Assembly: GCA_048128005.1 (NCBI GenBank)
Contig: JBEUKZ010000019.1
Span: 558,001 to 622,000 of the forward strand
Length of the DNA: 64,000 bases
Source: Veleropilina oligotropha
Lineage: Eukaryota
Reading direction: 5' to 3'
The notes beneath the pieces are model-generated. The model was not told where the DNA came from and searched no databases. It saw nothing but the letters and a program-made list of their open reading frames with translations. Below, piece by piece: positions 1 to 13,653 of the stretch (positions are counted from its first letter, which is position 1; each line of letters begins with the position of its first letter). The translations under genes and the position numbers were made by a program.

Positions 1-714
1 TTAGCCTGTTTCAGTAGAATTGATATAGGTTTCGAAAGCGTATCGTCGCATTTCATACATTACTATGATGTGGAAATTCATTTTCAGAATGTTTCTCTTC
101 TGCTGAACACGTGTCGCATTATTGGCCGCCATGTTGAAAAATTAACCTAATAGTATGTTTTAATCTCTAATCGATTTTTGTTTACAGGTATTGAATAATT
201 ATTTCTGGCGAGATTTAATTATTACAGTATATTATGATTTGATATAAAAAACAGTATAAGATGTTGTCTTCATATAAAATTAAAATAATAATTAAATCAC
301 CATAGTTCGCAAGCGGCAACGACGATGCTACGTATTCTCAAATACTAGATCAGGGGAGATGATACTTCTCATTTTGTAGGATCAGTCATGTCAATTGTTA
401 CAAATGTTGTTGTTGTCTTATAATTATGTAATTTATCGGCGAACTAATTGCTGTTCGTGTGAATAGATGTAACGACACCGTTTACTTTGATTCATAAGCC
501 TAATCTTCGATTTTGCGTTCAGATATTAACTCAATAGTCTGTCATTTGGATTCGGGACAAGAGATTTTAAATCCCCTTTAATCCTTTTATTGTGTCACGG
601 TGTGTGACTTCGCAACTTAAAAAATCAGACAAAGGCGATTGTTTATAGACCTAATTTAGCAAAACACAAATATCCCTTTTGATGCCGACACAACGCCAGG
701 CCTTCTTCACTTTA

Positions 715-3700
715 GGGCAGTTCCACCGTGACGGACGTACAGTTTGCACTGTTGAAACCTTTATTAAATGATAGTGATGCAATCTAGGTACTATTTAATC
801 TAATAACCATAGAGTAACTTGTTGGTAGTAAACATATATGTAACAAACATCGCCTGATTAAAAATGTTTTTTGTAAAAAAGTGGTCATTTATAAGCGTGA
901 CGGACGTACGCAGAGAATTGAAAATATGGGAGTGACTTGAAATATCTTGAAATCTCTGTGATTTGGATGGAAGGAGCTAAGCTGACTTCACTTAAACATA
1001 TTACTAATACAACGAACTAAAACACAATGAAGTCCAAATAATTTTATTTTTAGTTATCTTTATGAAATAAGTATTTAAACAATGTGACGGACGTACATAA
1101 ATTTCGTGACGGACGTACACGTACAAAAATATGGAATACCTAACTTATATATGACTGTTATCAATATAAAAAGGCTCTATCATATTTACATTGTTCCTTT
1201 AAAATAGCACACCTCAACTATGCACGTCTTCCCTTGAACATTTTTGTCATTTAAAGCGTCATTCAAATTTAAATTGTCCTCTGGATCCGACAACCGTTGG
1301 AACACTTATTATCCTTAAAATATCGCACCGTTTGTAAAATATTTTGTCCTCAGTCTCTGGCCACTTCCAATAACTGCCACCTTTGTGCATAACACTCACT
1401 TGTAGATCACTTTCACAACACTGAATAACTTCTCCAGGAAATTCATTTCCATCATAGCACACCATAACCCATTGACCAACTTGCACGTCCACGAGTAAGG
1501 TTTTTGGCGTACATTCACGTTCTTCCGTATGATTAGAATCTGCAACTTGTCTGATAGGGACAAGAACAAAGTCTGCTGAATCTGAAGTTTCGGCTATCAT
1601 CACTTGGTCGTTTCCTCTTGGAAAAACACAATGCACTTGATGCGTCTTTGGCACAGAAAGGACATCTTTCCATCGGTTATCCAGTTTTACGGTAGATTCG
1701 TCAATTTCGATTTTGGAAATGAAGTGTATTAACACATTGGGGTTTCTCTCCTTAGCAACATTTGCATATTCCTCTGCTGTTATAATATGCACTTGTCCGC
1801 TTCTGATATGCCTCCAAACCGATCGCTTGCTGGTACCTCCAATTCCATCTACTACCCCTTTTCCATGCGAGGTTGCAAAGAAATTCCATTTTATGTTGAT
1901 TCCATGTTCCTGTTCCCAGTAGTGTAAGTTAGAGAACAAAAATCTTTGTTTAAATTGAGAACTCGCACCATCACTAAAAATATTGAGATGTTTGATTAAA
2001 GGGTACTTTTCTTTCAGGAGTTTAAATATGTATGTCATGTACACGTAGACGCTGTGTTTTGTATGATTTAGACAGTCTGACACTAGTACAAAACTCTGAT
2101 TCGCGTCTTCCTTGATCCATGAATAGCTGGTGAACAGTGTGGCCTGCCCATGATTCCAGTGTGCCGACTGAATTTCATTTTGGCTTGTAATTGTAGCATT
2201 TTCAGAAAAGTCTACTTGCAAGACAATATTCTCTCCATCACACTTCGAAATCATTAAATCCATATGAGCAGCCTGTTTGCGTTTAACATAGGTGTGAATT
2301 AAAAAGGCTGGTAGCTGTTTCTGCAGCTCGGCAAACACATCTTGGACAGAACCAACGATACTGACTTTCTGCACTTTGTCACTAGTCTGCCACTGTTGAT
2401 ACCGTATGATGCTCGCGGCAGAATCAGTGGGAGCATGGCGTTCAAGAAAATCCCTGCAGTCCATGCATTTGCGATTCATGCACTGCTTCGATGACGAATC
2501 GCATGTCACCTGATCAATAAATCCTTGAAAATCAGGTGAAAGAGTTGTATAGTCCTTCAGTGTAACTAACAGCAGACGGATGTTTTCATGATATGCACAC
2601 ACACATACGTTGTGTGGTATATGATCAAATAATTTCACATATTTTGGCCGCAACTCACAAAATTTACTTAGTCCCACTTGACCTGGATATTGGGAATCGA
2701 ACGACTTATATGCCTCTCTAAGTGACATCAGCATATATCGAACTTGTACTGTCTTTTTCACTTTTGCACCCTCGTTATTCTTCTCTCTGATAATGACTCT
2801 GTCTTTCCGCCCTGGAGCTTGCCAAGAGATTTCATTGTTATTGTAGAAATTGATTACTTGATCTCTAACTTCTTCACTCAAAGCACCACGGGAGGTAGCG
2901 TTTGAATTCGTCGAATCATCAGACTCGATTTCGAAACGTTTAGCAATGGTTTCAACAACGTAGCGCCTTTTCCGAGGAGAATTTGGTAGCGAAGTTTGCG
3001 TTCGTTTTACGGCTTTACCCAAGGCTTGAGACGAACGATAGGGGGATGCATTTGTTTCCGATATTGTCGGGTCCTTTGATGACTGCTTCTTACGATAGTC
3101 TCTTATACGTTGCCTCTCTCTTTCATGCGAAATTCTTCTACATCGTCTTCTGACATTTTCTCTTTGGAATCAACACGCTGTGTAGCTTTTCGTACGCGAT
3201 CTTTCTCAACATAAGATGCATAGGCTTCTTTGTCAAGTTTCAATTTTGCCCTTCTTCTTGCTTGTCTTTCCTTAGCTGATAACACCATTTTGCGTTGTGA
3301 AGCAATTGATATAAAATAAATGTGTAACTTAAACAGCTCCCTATATATGTTGCATTCCTTAATTTATAATGAGGCATGTGAATTTTGTCATGTTTCCTGG
3401 TCTTGACACCATCCTATTTTAGGGTTAATTAAATCTGCTGGCAGAAGACCTCTGCTGGGATGGCCTGATGATAACAGCCATCACTACAGTGCCATATTGT
3501 TCCCTGTAACAGACTGGCATGCATGGATAATCAGCTATCTGCTTTTGAGATATCAGAGTAATTAATTACTAATGACTCCAATGCTGTGCTAAATGAAGTG
3601 GCTATAACATTATAGTCATAGGAGGTTACTGTTTTATTTTAACAGAGTGCTAATAAGAAATTGGTGACTAAGCTGTTTTGAATTTGTCCAGGTGCCAGGT

Positions 3701-4435
3701 AGAAATTCCTTATAGATATAATTTCCACAAAACAAGTAGAAACACTTAATAGCAAGTTTAAATACTAAACTGAACTTGTGCATTGAACAAATAAATGTTT
3801 TGGTGGTCACAAGCACTATGTGCAAGTTGTTTTTTCTGTTAATTTATATATCCTTCTGTGTATTCAAAAATTGTGACGGACGTACGTGATGGACGTACGT
3901 AAAATATGTACGTCCGTCACGCTGTTTATTACCATAATTAATAACAAATTATGGCCCATTTGGTCATAATCCATTCGTAGACAAATGCTTATTGATAATA
4001 ATAAGTTATATAAAAAATAAATTAACTTTTCTCATAATTAAACTATTTATGCTTTTATTGTGACGGACGTACAAGCAATTAAAATCCTGAAACACCTGCC
4101 AATAAAATATTATAATTTAATTCAGCAATTGTAATTATTGTTCAGCAGCCACAAATATTATGAACTAAATTCAATACAAGAAATTGGACTTAAAAAAGAT
4201 GTTTTTTTCATCTAAAACACTTATTTAGAAATTTTGATACCTGAAATAAGTTTTCCTTTGATTACACGTCACCATTACATAACGGGCTGTAATTATACCA
4301 AATAATAAACATATGTTAAAACCAAAGACATATTCTGAAAGTAGAAAGATTGGTGATTATATTGATACTTGGCACGATAACAAATTACTAATTTTAATTT
4401 TTTCCATCATGGTTTCACTTCTCACGGAACTGCCC
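715..4435 (-). mobile_element. Sola2-type DNA transposon, near full length
   Basis: Termini GGGCAGTTCC...GGAACTGCCC, flanked both sides by TTTA (711-714, 4436-4439). Multiple subterminal GTGACGGACGTAC motifs (~728, 897, 1084, 1106, 3873-3920, 4059). Encodes a DDE transposase. Confidence 0.8.
1259..3288 (-). pseudogene. Sola2-like DDE transposase with C-terminal Tudor-like domain; one frameshift near 3115
   Basis: Motifs VDFSEN, FSDGASSQFK, FFATSHGKGVVDGIGG. The 61-aa ORF (3103-3288) joins the 587-aa ORF if 2 nt are removed from a (GA)n run, giving KE-RQRIRDYRKK...SSQALGKAVKR. Confidence 0.8.
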
Positions 4436-6298
4436 TTTATCGATCGATAATTTCCCCGACTGACATCGCTCATTTCTGTAACATTTCTGCACTGAAACGA
4501 TGTTTACCGAACTTTTGGTTGCGACTTTTTCCGGAAGTAAAATAATTTTGGAACCCACGAGGTTGCAGAAATGGTTCAAACTTCGAATGTTACTGTTGAA
4601 TAAACATCTTTACGATGGCGTAGCAAGACATACTGGGAAATACGCAAGTATTTTGATCAATTTAGCGATTTTATTATCAATTATGTATTGTTTTGTCAAT
4701 TATGCGGTCTAAAATTCTTATGCAAATAAGCGGGAATCGAATAATTTTCCATGCGATTAACCGAATATTTGCATATGAGTCAAAATTTGTTAATGTGTTA
4801 CACTAGTACCTTGAATATTCTATCTGTTCACAAAATAAATATAATAGCTTTGTAGCATTAATTTTTATGGATTACTATCACTAAATGGATCAATTAACTG
4901 TGGAAACAGTATTGTTCTACAAAATAATATTTTTTACTTATTTTTTCAATTTTTTCAAACGAATGTGATACTAAGATTATTCTAATTTTGAGACATTTTT
5001 TAACAACGCATTTGCATGCTGAATAATAATGTGTTTTTTGCGTGTTAAAAAATTAAGTAAGTTAATTGTGATAAAGTTGAATGTATTTTCTTGACATTTC
5101 CATTGAAATATGGTGAAATTGTTTTTTGATTAGTTTTATATGGTAGTTATTTCTAAAGTTAACGTGCGTCAGAGACGTCTGTCAAAAACATCGGCATTTT
5201 AAACTTTCACTTTTACTGTCAAAATCGAAATTATATTCCAAACTTGCACTGCCTTTCAATACAATTGCATCTTGCTAATTCGTTAATATCATTTTTTTTC
5301 TTTGCCTCACTTAAATAATTACAATTATATTGCACTCTTTATTTGAAACTTGGTGTCTGTCATACTATGACGCACGTTAAATGACTGTGTTAAACACTAC
5401 ACAAAATCACATCGAGGCCCTGATCGACATAAACCGCACTCTCCTGTTTTGAAAGCCAACAAAAGTCGCTCTACTGCAATTTCTGTCGCCATGCTGGGAC
5501 GCTGAAGCTTCAAACGTGTCGTCTGTCAAAGGTAAGAACGCACGTTAATGACGCCGTGCTGTGACAGAAAGTAGTTATTTTGTATCATTTCTGTCAACTA
5601 AGCTTTGTGGTGTTTGTATATTTGTGTTTGAGTTAATGTTTAGACTGTTTCAGTGTATGCACGAAGCATTTAGCGTTGTGTCTTTTGATGAGATATCGTG
5701 TTTCGCTTAACGCTCGTCAGAATGTGACGGATTTCCTTTCACGTGCGTGATAAACTGACAGATATTATTAACGTATGGTGAATGCATCACGACATATTTT
5801 TTAATTCATCATTTCGATATGACATATGAATGGAACAATAGCAAAAATGTATATTTTGAAAAACAATAACAACACATACACATAATTAACAAATGTTTAT
5901 GTTTGAAACTCGACAATATTGATGCTAAAAAATTTATTGACTTACGAAAATTGTAAAAAGTTGATGCTATAAATTATTCACTTATGAAAATTGTAAAATC
6001 AAATTAAATGACCATAAAGATAAATATATTATAAATAAATATTTATGTAAGACATAGGCCTACTGAGTAGACTTGGAAAAAAAATATTTGCAATAATATA
6101 TGATAACAGATATGACATTAAAGAATGACATTCCATTCCATTTCCACAGTACACAATCATGTTTAATACCATATTAATTAGTATTGTAAGTATGTTTGTT
6201 ATCAATTCTCCCACAAATTTTATATCTAAAAATTTCATAGTAAATTTAATTTTAATAATTGACAAGTTAGAGATCCAAACTTAAATATTTGTTTCACA

Positions 6299-8012
6299 GT
6301 GTATATTTGTTTTTTTGTTAAAGATGATGAAATAAACCGAGATCGGCCTGACCGCCTGGTTAAGGGGTCTTTAGTTGGCACACGAGGGCTCCACTCTGTG
6401 AAATGTTTGCAGCCAGGTGTGGTCGGTGTCCGCTTGCTAAGTTGCTTTTGTGGAGGATGCCTAGGTGATGACAAATGTGAAAATGCAGTGTATTCCCCAC
6501 CATGGCAGAGGCGAGCATTAGCAATGGTAAATCCTCCATCAGTTGAAAATACTCCCATCACAGAAAATAGAGTCAGCACGGATAATGTTCTGGACCAAAG
6601 AGGCATCACCGAGATATGGCAGTCTTTGGAAAATGGAGGTAAATTAATATGAACAGTCACTCATTCCAGAATAAGTAGGTATACGAAGTATGGAATAATT
6701 AATTAAATGTTCTATGAGCATCACAACTAAAATTAAATAATAAGCCAAGATGGCGTTGGTATTCATTTTATTGTTAGAAGAAAGGACATGGTCTTCAATA
6801 AAAAATATCCTAAAAACTTACCTGAACCAACCGATATTGACAACCATATCTTGTAAATTTCATTTGCAGCGAGCAGCATCAGTCACAAAGACAAGTTTAT
6901 TTTATATAAATCATTGCTCATGTCATATTATATAACTGAATACTTCTTTCAGGTATTGTTAATGGCACGGTTTTGGCTGGTATCTGCGACCAACGATCTG
7001 ATGACGTTGACATGGAATGGGAAGCAGAGCATCTCAGTATCCTTTTCGATGATTACCGTCTATGACACATTATTTTTAATTAAATATTATTTTCATACAG
7101 ATTTACTAACAAGGCCACGATCAACAGAAAATGTCCTTGTTTAGTTTACTGTCATTGTTACTTGCTTGTATCTCTTCATTTTCTCTAACCAATTATCTAG
7201 ACAACATTCTGAATTCCGAAGAAGTTAGCACGAATGAAGCTGCAATGCCTGGTTCTGTGCCAATTGATCTTCCACAATCTGTAATTTCACTGGTTAGTAT
7301 TTACTAAAATGTGACCGTCCTCGATGGTCCAACTGGTTAGAGCATCGGAAAAACGTTAAGTGGGACGGTAGGATGTGGGTTCAAGCCGTACCGGCCTCGC
7401 TTGTTCTAAGGCTTAAAACTAATAGATGGCATATCCCTAATGTATGTCGGTCAGATCGGAGTAGGACCTTAAACCGGGTGCATGTCCCGACTGCGATAAC
7501 GCTGAAAAATTGTCAAAAAGTGGTCGTTAAACAAATGTACCTACGTACATTAATCAAATTGTACTGCTCACTTATTGGTATCTTCATGAAGAGCTACTAG
7601 GCAGACATTAAAGAACAATGTTGAACAAGGACTGAATGCAAAATATATTTGGGTCACACTTTTGCATGTTTCATTTATCAAATATTGCTATTTTTGTGTT
7701 AATTTTCTTCTGCCTTTTCTTTTTCAGGACATTGTTCCTGATGCCTTCTATGCAGTCTATTTTACCAATAAGTTTTATATTGGGAAGGCTATGTCTGACT
7801 GCATAGAAGGACATGTCCAGATGAGTTTCCTGGAGCAAAAAGGTCAGAATACGTTCTGGTGGCCAAATCGACGCGATGAACTGAAAGTTGCTCAAAACTT
7901 CATTTTCCATGGCCCAATCAACATGAATGGACACCATTCCATGAGTCTTCCAGATGAAGACATTGTTTTCATTTCAAACAAACACCAGCAGCTTAGAAAA
8001 GCCTGGCATTGA
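6299..8012 (+). pseudogene. 3' remnants of an apparently intron-containing Sola2-like transposase
   Basis: 6299-6652 reads GTRGLHSV...RLLSCFCGGC, a typical C-terminal Cys motif. About 7727-8012 follows a TTTTCAG acceptor and encodes a Tudor-like FYAVYF...FWWP segment. Confidence 0.55.
7315..7535 (+). mobile_element. tRNA-derived SINE (family A)
   Basis: A-box-like ...AACTGGTTAGAGC and B-box-like GGTTCAAG, then a body shared with 38088-38310 (reverse) and 37637-37835. Confidence 0.7.
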
Positions 8013-8777
8013 TTGTCAAATTCTTCAAGAGAGATATTATAAAAATTTGTCGAGATATTATAAAATTTGTCCGTCATATATGTGCACGTTAATACAATTT
8101 TATTCAAGCTTTAAGCATCTTATTGATATAAATATTATATGATATCAATTCTGTTTTAAATATAGTTAGTTAACTTGACATTCTGAAGTGTTTACCTGAA
8201 GTTACATCTATCATCAAACATCTTTTCATTATTTCTCGATGTTGTGATGCTGACCGACCATATAATGTTGCTAATTGCAAGACAATTTCTATAAAATTAA
8301 CTTTAAAAATGTGATATATTAATGCATTATGGATTATTTTGTGCATTACATTGTGTTTTGTTAATAAATTCTAGTCATTTTACTGAAAATGGATCTGTTT
8401 CATCTCCTTTCAGTCCGTCAAATATGACGCACGTTAACTGCCATTTTGAATAAATTATGTGAATTTTATTAAGTCGCCTGGATATTTTAACCGTTTCAAT
8501 CAATTGATATTTGGAAGTTAATCATGTTATCTTTCAAATCAACTATGGTTCAACAGGAATTGATGATATTTAATATTTTTCATTAATGTCACACTTTTGT
8601 AACACATTAGCTAATTTTGACTCATATGATAATAATAGTAAAATATTCTGTTCCCAGAGATTATATGCAAATAACCGGATTATGCGATATGCAATTAAGT
8701 GGGTTCCACTGTATTAACTAATAAACTCGCTGATAAGCGACTCCAAGGCTACTAATGTTATCATGTCGTTATTTCAG

Positions 8778-8887
8778 AAAAACACGAAACAATAAGGCGG
8801 AATTGATATCCCGCTTTAAGCAGAGCGTCCAGTATTACCTAAACGGCACCGAAGGCGGCTTCCTCAAATATCGACCGCGAAATAAAA
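8778..8887 (+). CDS. FAM120A: FAM120A/C-like host gene, exon (first seen in window)
   Basis: ttcag| ...KAELISRFKQSVQYYLNGTEGGFLKYRPRNK |gtaagt. Resembles the end of the FAM120 N-terminal domain. Ends in phase 1, compatible with the next exon. Confidence 0.7.
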
Positions 8888-9161
8888 GTAAGTCCGTTTT
8901 TGACAGACTTATGTTTTTACACAATTTTATTGTGATGGTTTAATGTACATTTACTTTATTTGATGTTATAAGTTTTATGCGAATTATGGAGCATAACGTT
9001 TTATCTATTCCAGATAGACTTGCCTGGGGTGCAGGTAGGATGTGTTTGTGGCTCTTTATCTCATATGTATCCCTGTCGCAAGCCTCAAATTGTCAGCTAA
9101 AATATGATGTCCCTTTTTCAAATTTGTTGATTATAAATTATTTATTGTCATTGTTAATATA

Positions 9162-10774
9162 CACAAAGAAAAAAGTTAAGCACCCCCTAGATATTTTCAC
9201 AATGTTAAATTGCAAATGTGTATCAGGTCCACAATGGCCCAAAACCTTCGGATATTGAAATTTCATCAGATAGAACAACCATTCAATTGGCAAGGCAAAA
9301 CACGCAACATTGATTAGTTATGGTTAGAATTTAATAGTGATTGCTTTATTTTATTGCATGTACTGTATTTACCACAAAGCGATACCCAAACAAGTATGGG
9401 GCTGTAAGTCAAAGCAAAGGAGTTCATAATAATATTGTCACATGGAAATGTTCCTTGAATATTCTAGTGTACATGTCCAAATAAACTAATCAGTACCGGT
9501 TACAACCGCCACGTACTCGGATTACACATTGCACCCTCCGTCTCATGCCTCCAGTCAGACGTCGGATCTGTTCACGGGTCAATGACACCCACTCAGCATG
9601 TAGAGCTGCCTCCAATTGTTGTAAATTCTGTAATGGGGGTTGCCGTGCCTGGATTCGCCGCCCTAGAATGTCCCACACATGCTCCAGAGGATTAAGATCT
9701 GGGCTTAACGCTGGCCAGGGTAGAGTCGTCACAGCACTTGCTCTCATGAAATCGAGTACTGCACGTGATCGATGCGGCCTGGCGTTGTCATCCATGTACT
9801 GAGGCGAGTGGATGGTTATCAAAATGAGGGACAACAACTGGCTGTAAGACGTCACGGATGTACTGTGCTCCTGTTAAGTTGCCTCTGATGGTGATCAAAT
9901 CCAGTTTGCAATCATGAGATATGCACCCCCACACCATAACGGAGCCTCCGCCATAGGCAACAGTTGGCATAATGTTTTTGGGGGTATAAGCTGTGTTCTT
10001 GTGCCTCCAAACTCGTGTACGTCCATCAGTAACATGGAGTAAGAAGCGGCTTTCATCCGACCAATGGATTTTCCTCCAGGTCCTCAGATTCCAGTGTATT
10101 CTGGCCATACACCATGCCAATCGTAAACGTTTGTGGCGGTCAATCAACATGGGACGTTTAATTACTCTTCTGGCCTTTAATCCTGCCGCTTTCAGACGAT
10201 TTCTGACTGTTCTGGTGCTGATGGGACGATTGGGTAACCAGAGTCTTTTTAGCTGAGGACTTGTACTGAAGGGTTCTCGTCGTGCATTTCGAAGCAGCAG
10301 TCTGTCTTCACGCTGTGTAGTTACAGTTGGTCTTCCAGATCTTGCACGGTCTATTGCACAACCAGTCTGTGCGTGTTTGCGGACTAAACGGCTAATAACA
10401 GTGTAATGGTAGCCCATATTCCGTCCAATCGCCTTAAAGGACATTCCTGCCGCGTGCATGCCTATAATTTGGTTTCTAGTGTCGATTGACAATCGTCTCC
10501 GTTCCATGTTCAATGAAGAAGACTGAATGGCCGTTTTAACCAACGTTAAATACCCGCAAATACAGTTGGACCAAACTGCATTTTGAGATACTCGAGGATA
10601 GCATGATGCACGTGCTTGCCACAATGAACACAAACTTGATTGGCACTTATAACCGGTCATATTGCCTCGTGAAAACTGTATAATTTCTATAAATATACAT
10701 TGTATAACTATTTAAAGTAATAGGAAAAAAATATCGTCAAAAATATCAGGGGGTGCTTAACTGTTTTCTTTGTG
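9162..10774 (-). mobile_element. Tc1 transposon
   Basis: ~27-bp TIR CACAAAGAAAA(A/C)AGTTAAGCACCCCCT with TA on both flanks. Confidence 0.92.
9490..10507 (-). pseudogene. Tc1 DD34E transposase, frameshifted near 9800
   Basis: HTH with GRP motif, WSDESRF, MDDNARPH, SPDLNPLEHVW; 34 residues between the second D and E. Split across two ORFs. Confidence 0.92.
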
Positions 10775-11619
10775 TATATATTAAGATGCATAATATTAAA
10801 TGCTATAACAAATTACCTGGCTGTTTGCTCATTTATTTGAGAAGCTTACAATTTTTGCCAAGCTATCTGTGCAGTAATTGGGTTAAAAATCTGTACGCCT
10901 AAGATATTTTATAAATTTCAGTCAGCACTTTTCCTCCATGTATTATTCTATACAATGTTCTATTTGAAATGTTTTTGGATGTTGTGAAACAGAACATAAA
11001 TATGCTGGAAAATGACAAAGTGTTTTGGTACATTGCCACTAAGTATAATATTTTATCTTTGTCTAATTTAACAAGCCACATATCTTCTGTTACTAAAACC
11101 GTATAGTTCAAATATGATAATATGATGACTTATTTATAAAACTCTTGTGTAACTTAACCACCAAATTGTAGCACAAGTGAACTTTTGGAAAGTTTATAGG
11201 CTTTCATTACTGCTACCACAATCCACATCTTTTTGGTGTCGTTGTTCACTGCACACCTTCTTCACCAGTTAACGAGTCATATTATCCAATCACTTCTCAT
11301 TATCCTGTACCAGGTAAAATACTTTCCAGGTTTATTGCACGCAATTGTTGATTTTATTTCCGTGTATTTAGTTCTCATTCTTCACCAGCGGATCCCTTGA
11401 AATTTAGAAATGAATATTTTTGATGACATTGTTTGGTTTTAGACCCATTTTGGCAGTTCACAGGTTTAAGATCAAAACCGATCAGAAATTATATCGGAGG
11501 TGCAAAAGTGACTTCTCTGGTTTAACAGAAGTGGATTTGAGTCGTCGGTTGAAGTTAATAGTCGCAGTTGTCCATAATTATCCCTTGAGCTCATGTTTCC
11601 ATCAGACTCTAACCCCGAC

Positions 11620-12018
11620 GTCTCAAATGATCCTTGATACTTCATACCTGGTGTGTCGGATATTCCCCGATACTTCCTTGCCTGGTGTCTCAAATATTCC
11701 CTAATATTTCATCCTCGGTGTCTCTGATATTCCCTAATATTTCATCCTCAGTGTCTCTGATATTCCCCGATACTTATCCCTGATCATGATGTTTGGATAT
11801 TCCCTGATACTTCATCCCTGGTGTGTTGGATATTCCCTGATACTTCATCCCTGGTGTGTCGGATATTCCCCGATACTTCATCCCTGGTGTATCTGATATT
11901 CCCTGATACTTCATCCCTGGTGTGTCGGATATTCCCCGATACTTCATCCTTGGTGTGTCGGATATTCCCTGATACTTCATCCCTGGTGTGTCGGATATTC
12001 CCTGATACTTCATCCCAG
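11620..12018. repeat. 33-bp minisatellite (GATACTTCATCCCTGGTGTGTCGGATATTCCCT)n
   Basis: Directly visible tandem units; intronic, just upstream of the exon at 12076. Confidence 0.9.
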
Positions 12019-12075
12019 GTTTTCCACGCCCTGCTTTTCCCATTTCTCCATCTTGTATATTCTCTGCTCTTACAG

Positions 12076-12149
12076 TGGGAGCTGCTCCCCGACAGCCTGG
12101 TGGGTATCCAGTGTCGAATGGAGCCCGAGCGCAGAACGGAATCGACCAG
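12076..12149 (+). CDS. FAM120A: FAM120A/C-like exon (low-complexity linker)
   Basis: ttacag| (M)GAAPRQPGGYPVSNGARAQNGIDQ |gtaaaa. Phase 1 in, phase 0 out, fitting both neighbours. Confidence 0.65.
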
Positions 12150-12458
12150 GTAAAAATCGGATTATCCATATAGGCTGCATAAAATTAATGTCTAGATTCT
12201 CAGGCACAGTGTGCACCACATTTTGCGATGCGCGTCAGTCATTTTTATTGCAAAAAATCTGGTAGACTGGGAAGGTCAGAATGTCAAATAATTGTCAGTT
12301 CAAGCAGAACTATTTATATGAAAATGTAGAGATGTATTAAAATATAAAATCCTTCCTCATCCATTTTTGCAACAATAAAAATGAAAGAAAAGCCCCTCCG
12401 TCATTACCAAAATTAATTTTATACAGCCTTACTGCATGCATACAAACTGCCTAATTTG

Positions 12459-13102
12459 TGACAACTCCATTTATATGACTACACAGTCACTTTGAGAGTT
12501 GACAACTATAATTTATATGACTACACAGTCACTTTGAGAGTTATGACAACTCCATTTATATGACTACACAGTCACTTTGATAGTTATGACAACTCCATTT
12601 ATATGACTACACAGTCATTTTGAGAGTTATGACAACTCCATTTATGACTACACAGTCACTTTGAGCATTATGACAACTCCATTTATATGACTGCACAGTC
12701 ACTTTGAGAGTTATGACAATTCCATTTATATGACTACACAGTCACTTTGAGAGTTATGACAACTCCATTTATGTGACTACACAGTCACTTTTAGAGTTAT
12801 GACAACTCCATTTATATGACTACACAGTCATTTTGAGAGTTATGACAACTCCATTTATATGACTACACAGTCACTTTGGAGTTATGACAACTCAATTTAT
12901 GTGACTACACAGTCACTTTGAGAGTTATGACAACTCCATTTATATGACTACACAGTCACTTTGAGAGTTATGACAACTCCATTTATGTGACTACACAGTC
13001 ACTTTGAGAGTTATGACAACTCCATTTGTGTGACTACACAGTCACTTTGAGAGTTATGACAACTCCATTTATATGACTACACAGTCATTTTGAGAGTTAT
13101 GA
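12459..13102. repeat. 43-bp satellite, left part (~15 units)
   Basis: Unit TGACAACTCCATTTATATGACTACACAGTCACTTTGAGAGTTA; interrupted by the viral insertion. Confidence 0.95.
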
Positions 13103-13200
13103 AGCAGCAGGGGGGGTCAGTAGACTTTTTAGAATGGGAAAATAAGGCTCCCAGCACCCGTTCCGAGCCTAGGGTAGCTTAGAGTAGGGATGAATGCACC
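13103..13200 (+). repeat. Left terminal inverted repeat of virus
   Basis: AGCAGCAGGGGGGGTCAGTAGAC...GAATGCACC matches the reverse complement of 29115-29212 with 1 mismatch. Confidence 0.95.
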
Positions 13201-13350
13201 TTTTCCGACCCAACGTAGACTATATAGAGCCCCCAGGGACGGCCCACTACCCTCGCCGGCCCGGGCTCCTCAGTTATGCGAGCAGTAGCAGGGGGGGTGA
13301 TTGGACTTTTTAGAATGGCAAAATAGCAGCCCGGCGAAGGCTACAGGACA

Positions 13351-13653
13351 TCACTGAGGGCCCGCCGGCGTTTGATTTCGTACAACTCCCTTTCTACCGT
13401 CTTTGGTCTTCTTCTTATATATCGCTTGTTCACCATCGTCGAGTACAACGATCAAAACGTTATAGCCCCGGTTTAAGAGGTTTTTAACGTGCCTGGAGCT
13501 CCGTTCGCCGTACAGCGTAGGAATGTCTTCCTGCGGCATGTTGCTTTCAAGTATAACTACACAACGTCTAACATGCCGGCTGTTTAGATAAATATGTAAT
13601 TCCCGCTGGCGAGCGTACAGTTGCATGGCGAATGCTGTCCTATCTGACTCCAC
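13351..13653 (-). CDS. Viral hypothetical protein (start uncertain)
   Basis: ORF in the gene-dense element; no recognisable motif. Confidence 0.4.
   Translation of the reverse strand: MESDRTAFAMQLYARQRELHIYLNSRHVRRCVVILESNMPQEDIPTLYGERSSRHVKNLLNRGYNVLIVVLDDGEQAIYKKKTKDGRKGVVRNQTPAGPQ

Larger units (their letters stand above)
4777..8623 (+). mobile_element. Internally deleted Sola2-type transposon
   Basis: TIR GAGTCAAAATTTGTTAATGTGTTACA / TGTAACACATTAGCTAATTTTGACTC (2 mismatches), ATAT on both flanks, repeated GACGCACGTTAA motifs. Confidence 0.75.

Noticed and set aside
11774..12169. 131-aa PGMKYQGISDT repeat protein
   Set aside because: Product of a 33-bp minisatellite and antisense to a host exon.
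12459..13102. CRISPR-like array next to a virus
   Set aside because: Units are head-to-tail 43-mers with no unique spacers, no cas genes, and a eukaryotic context.
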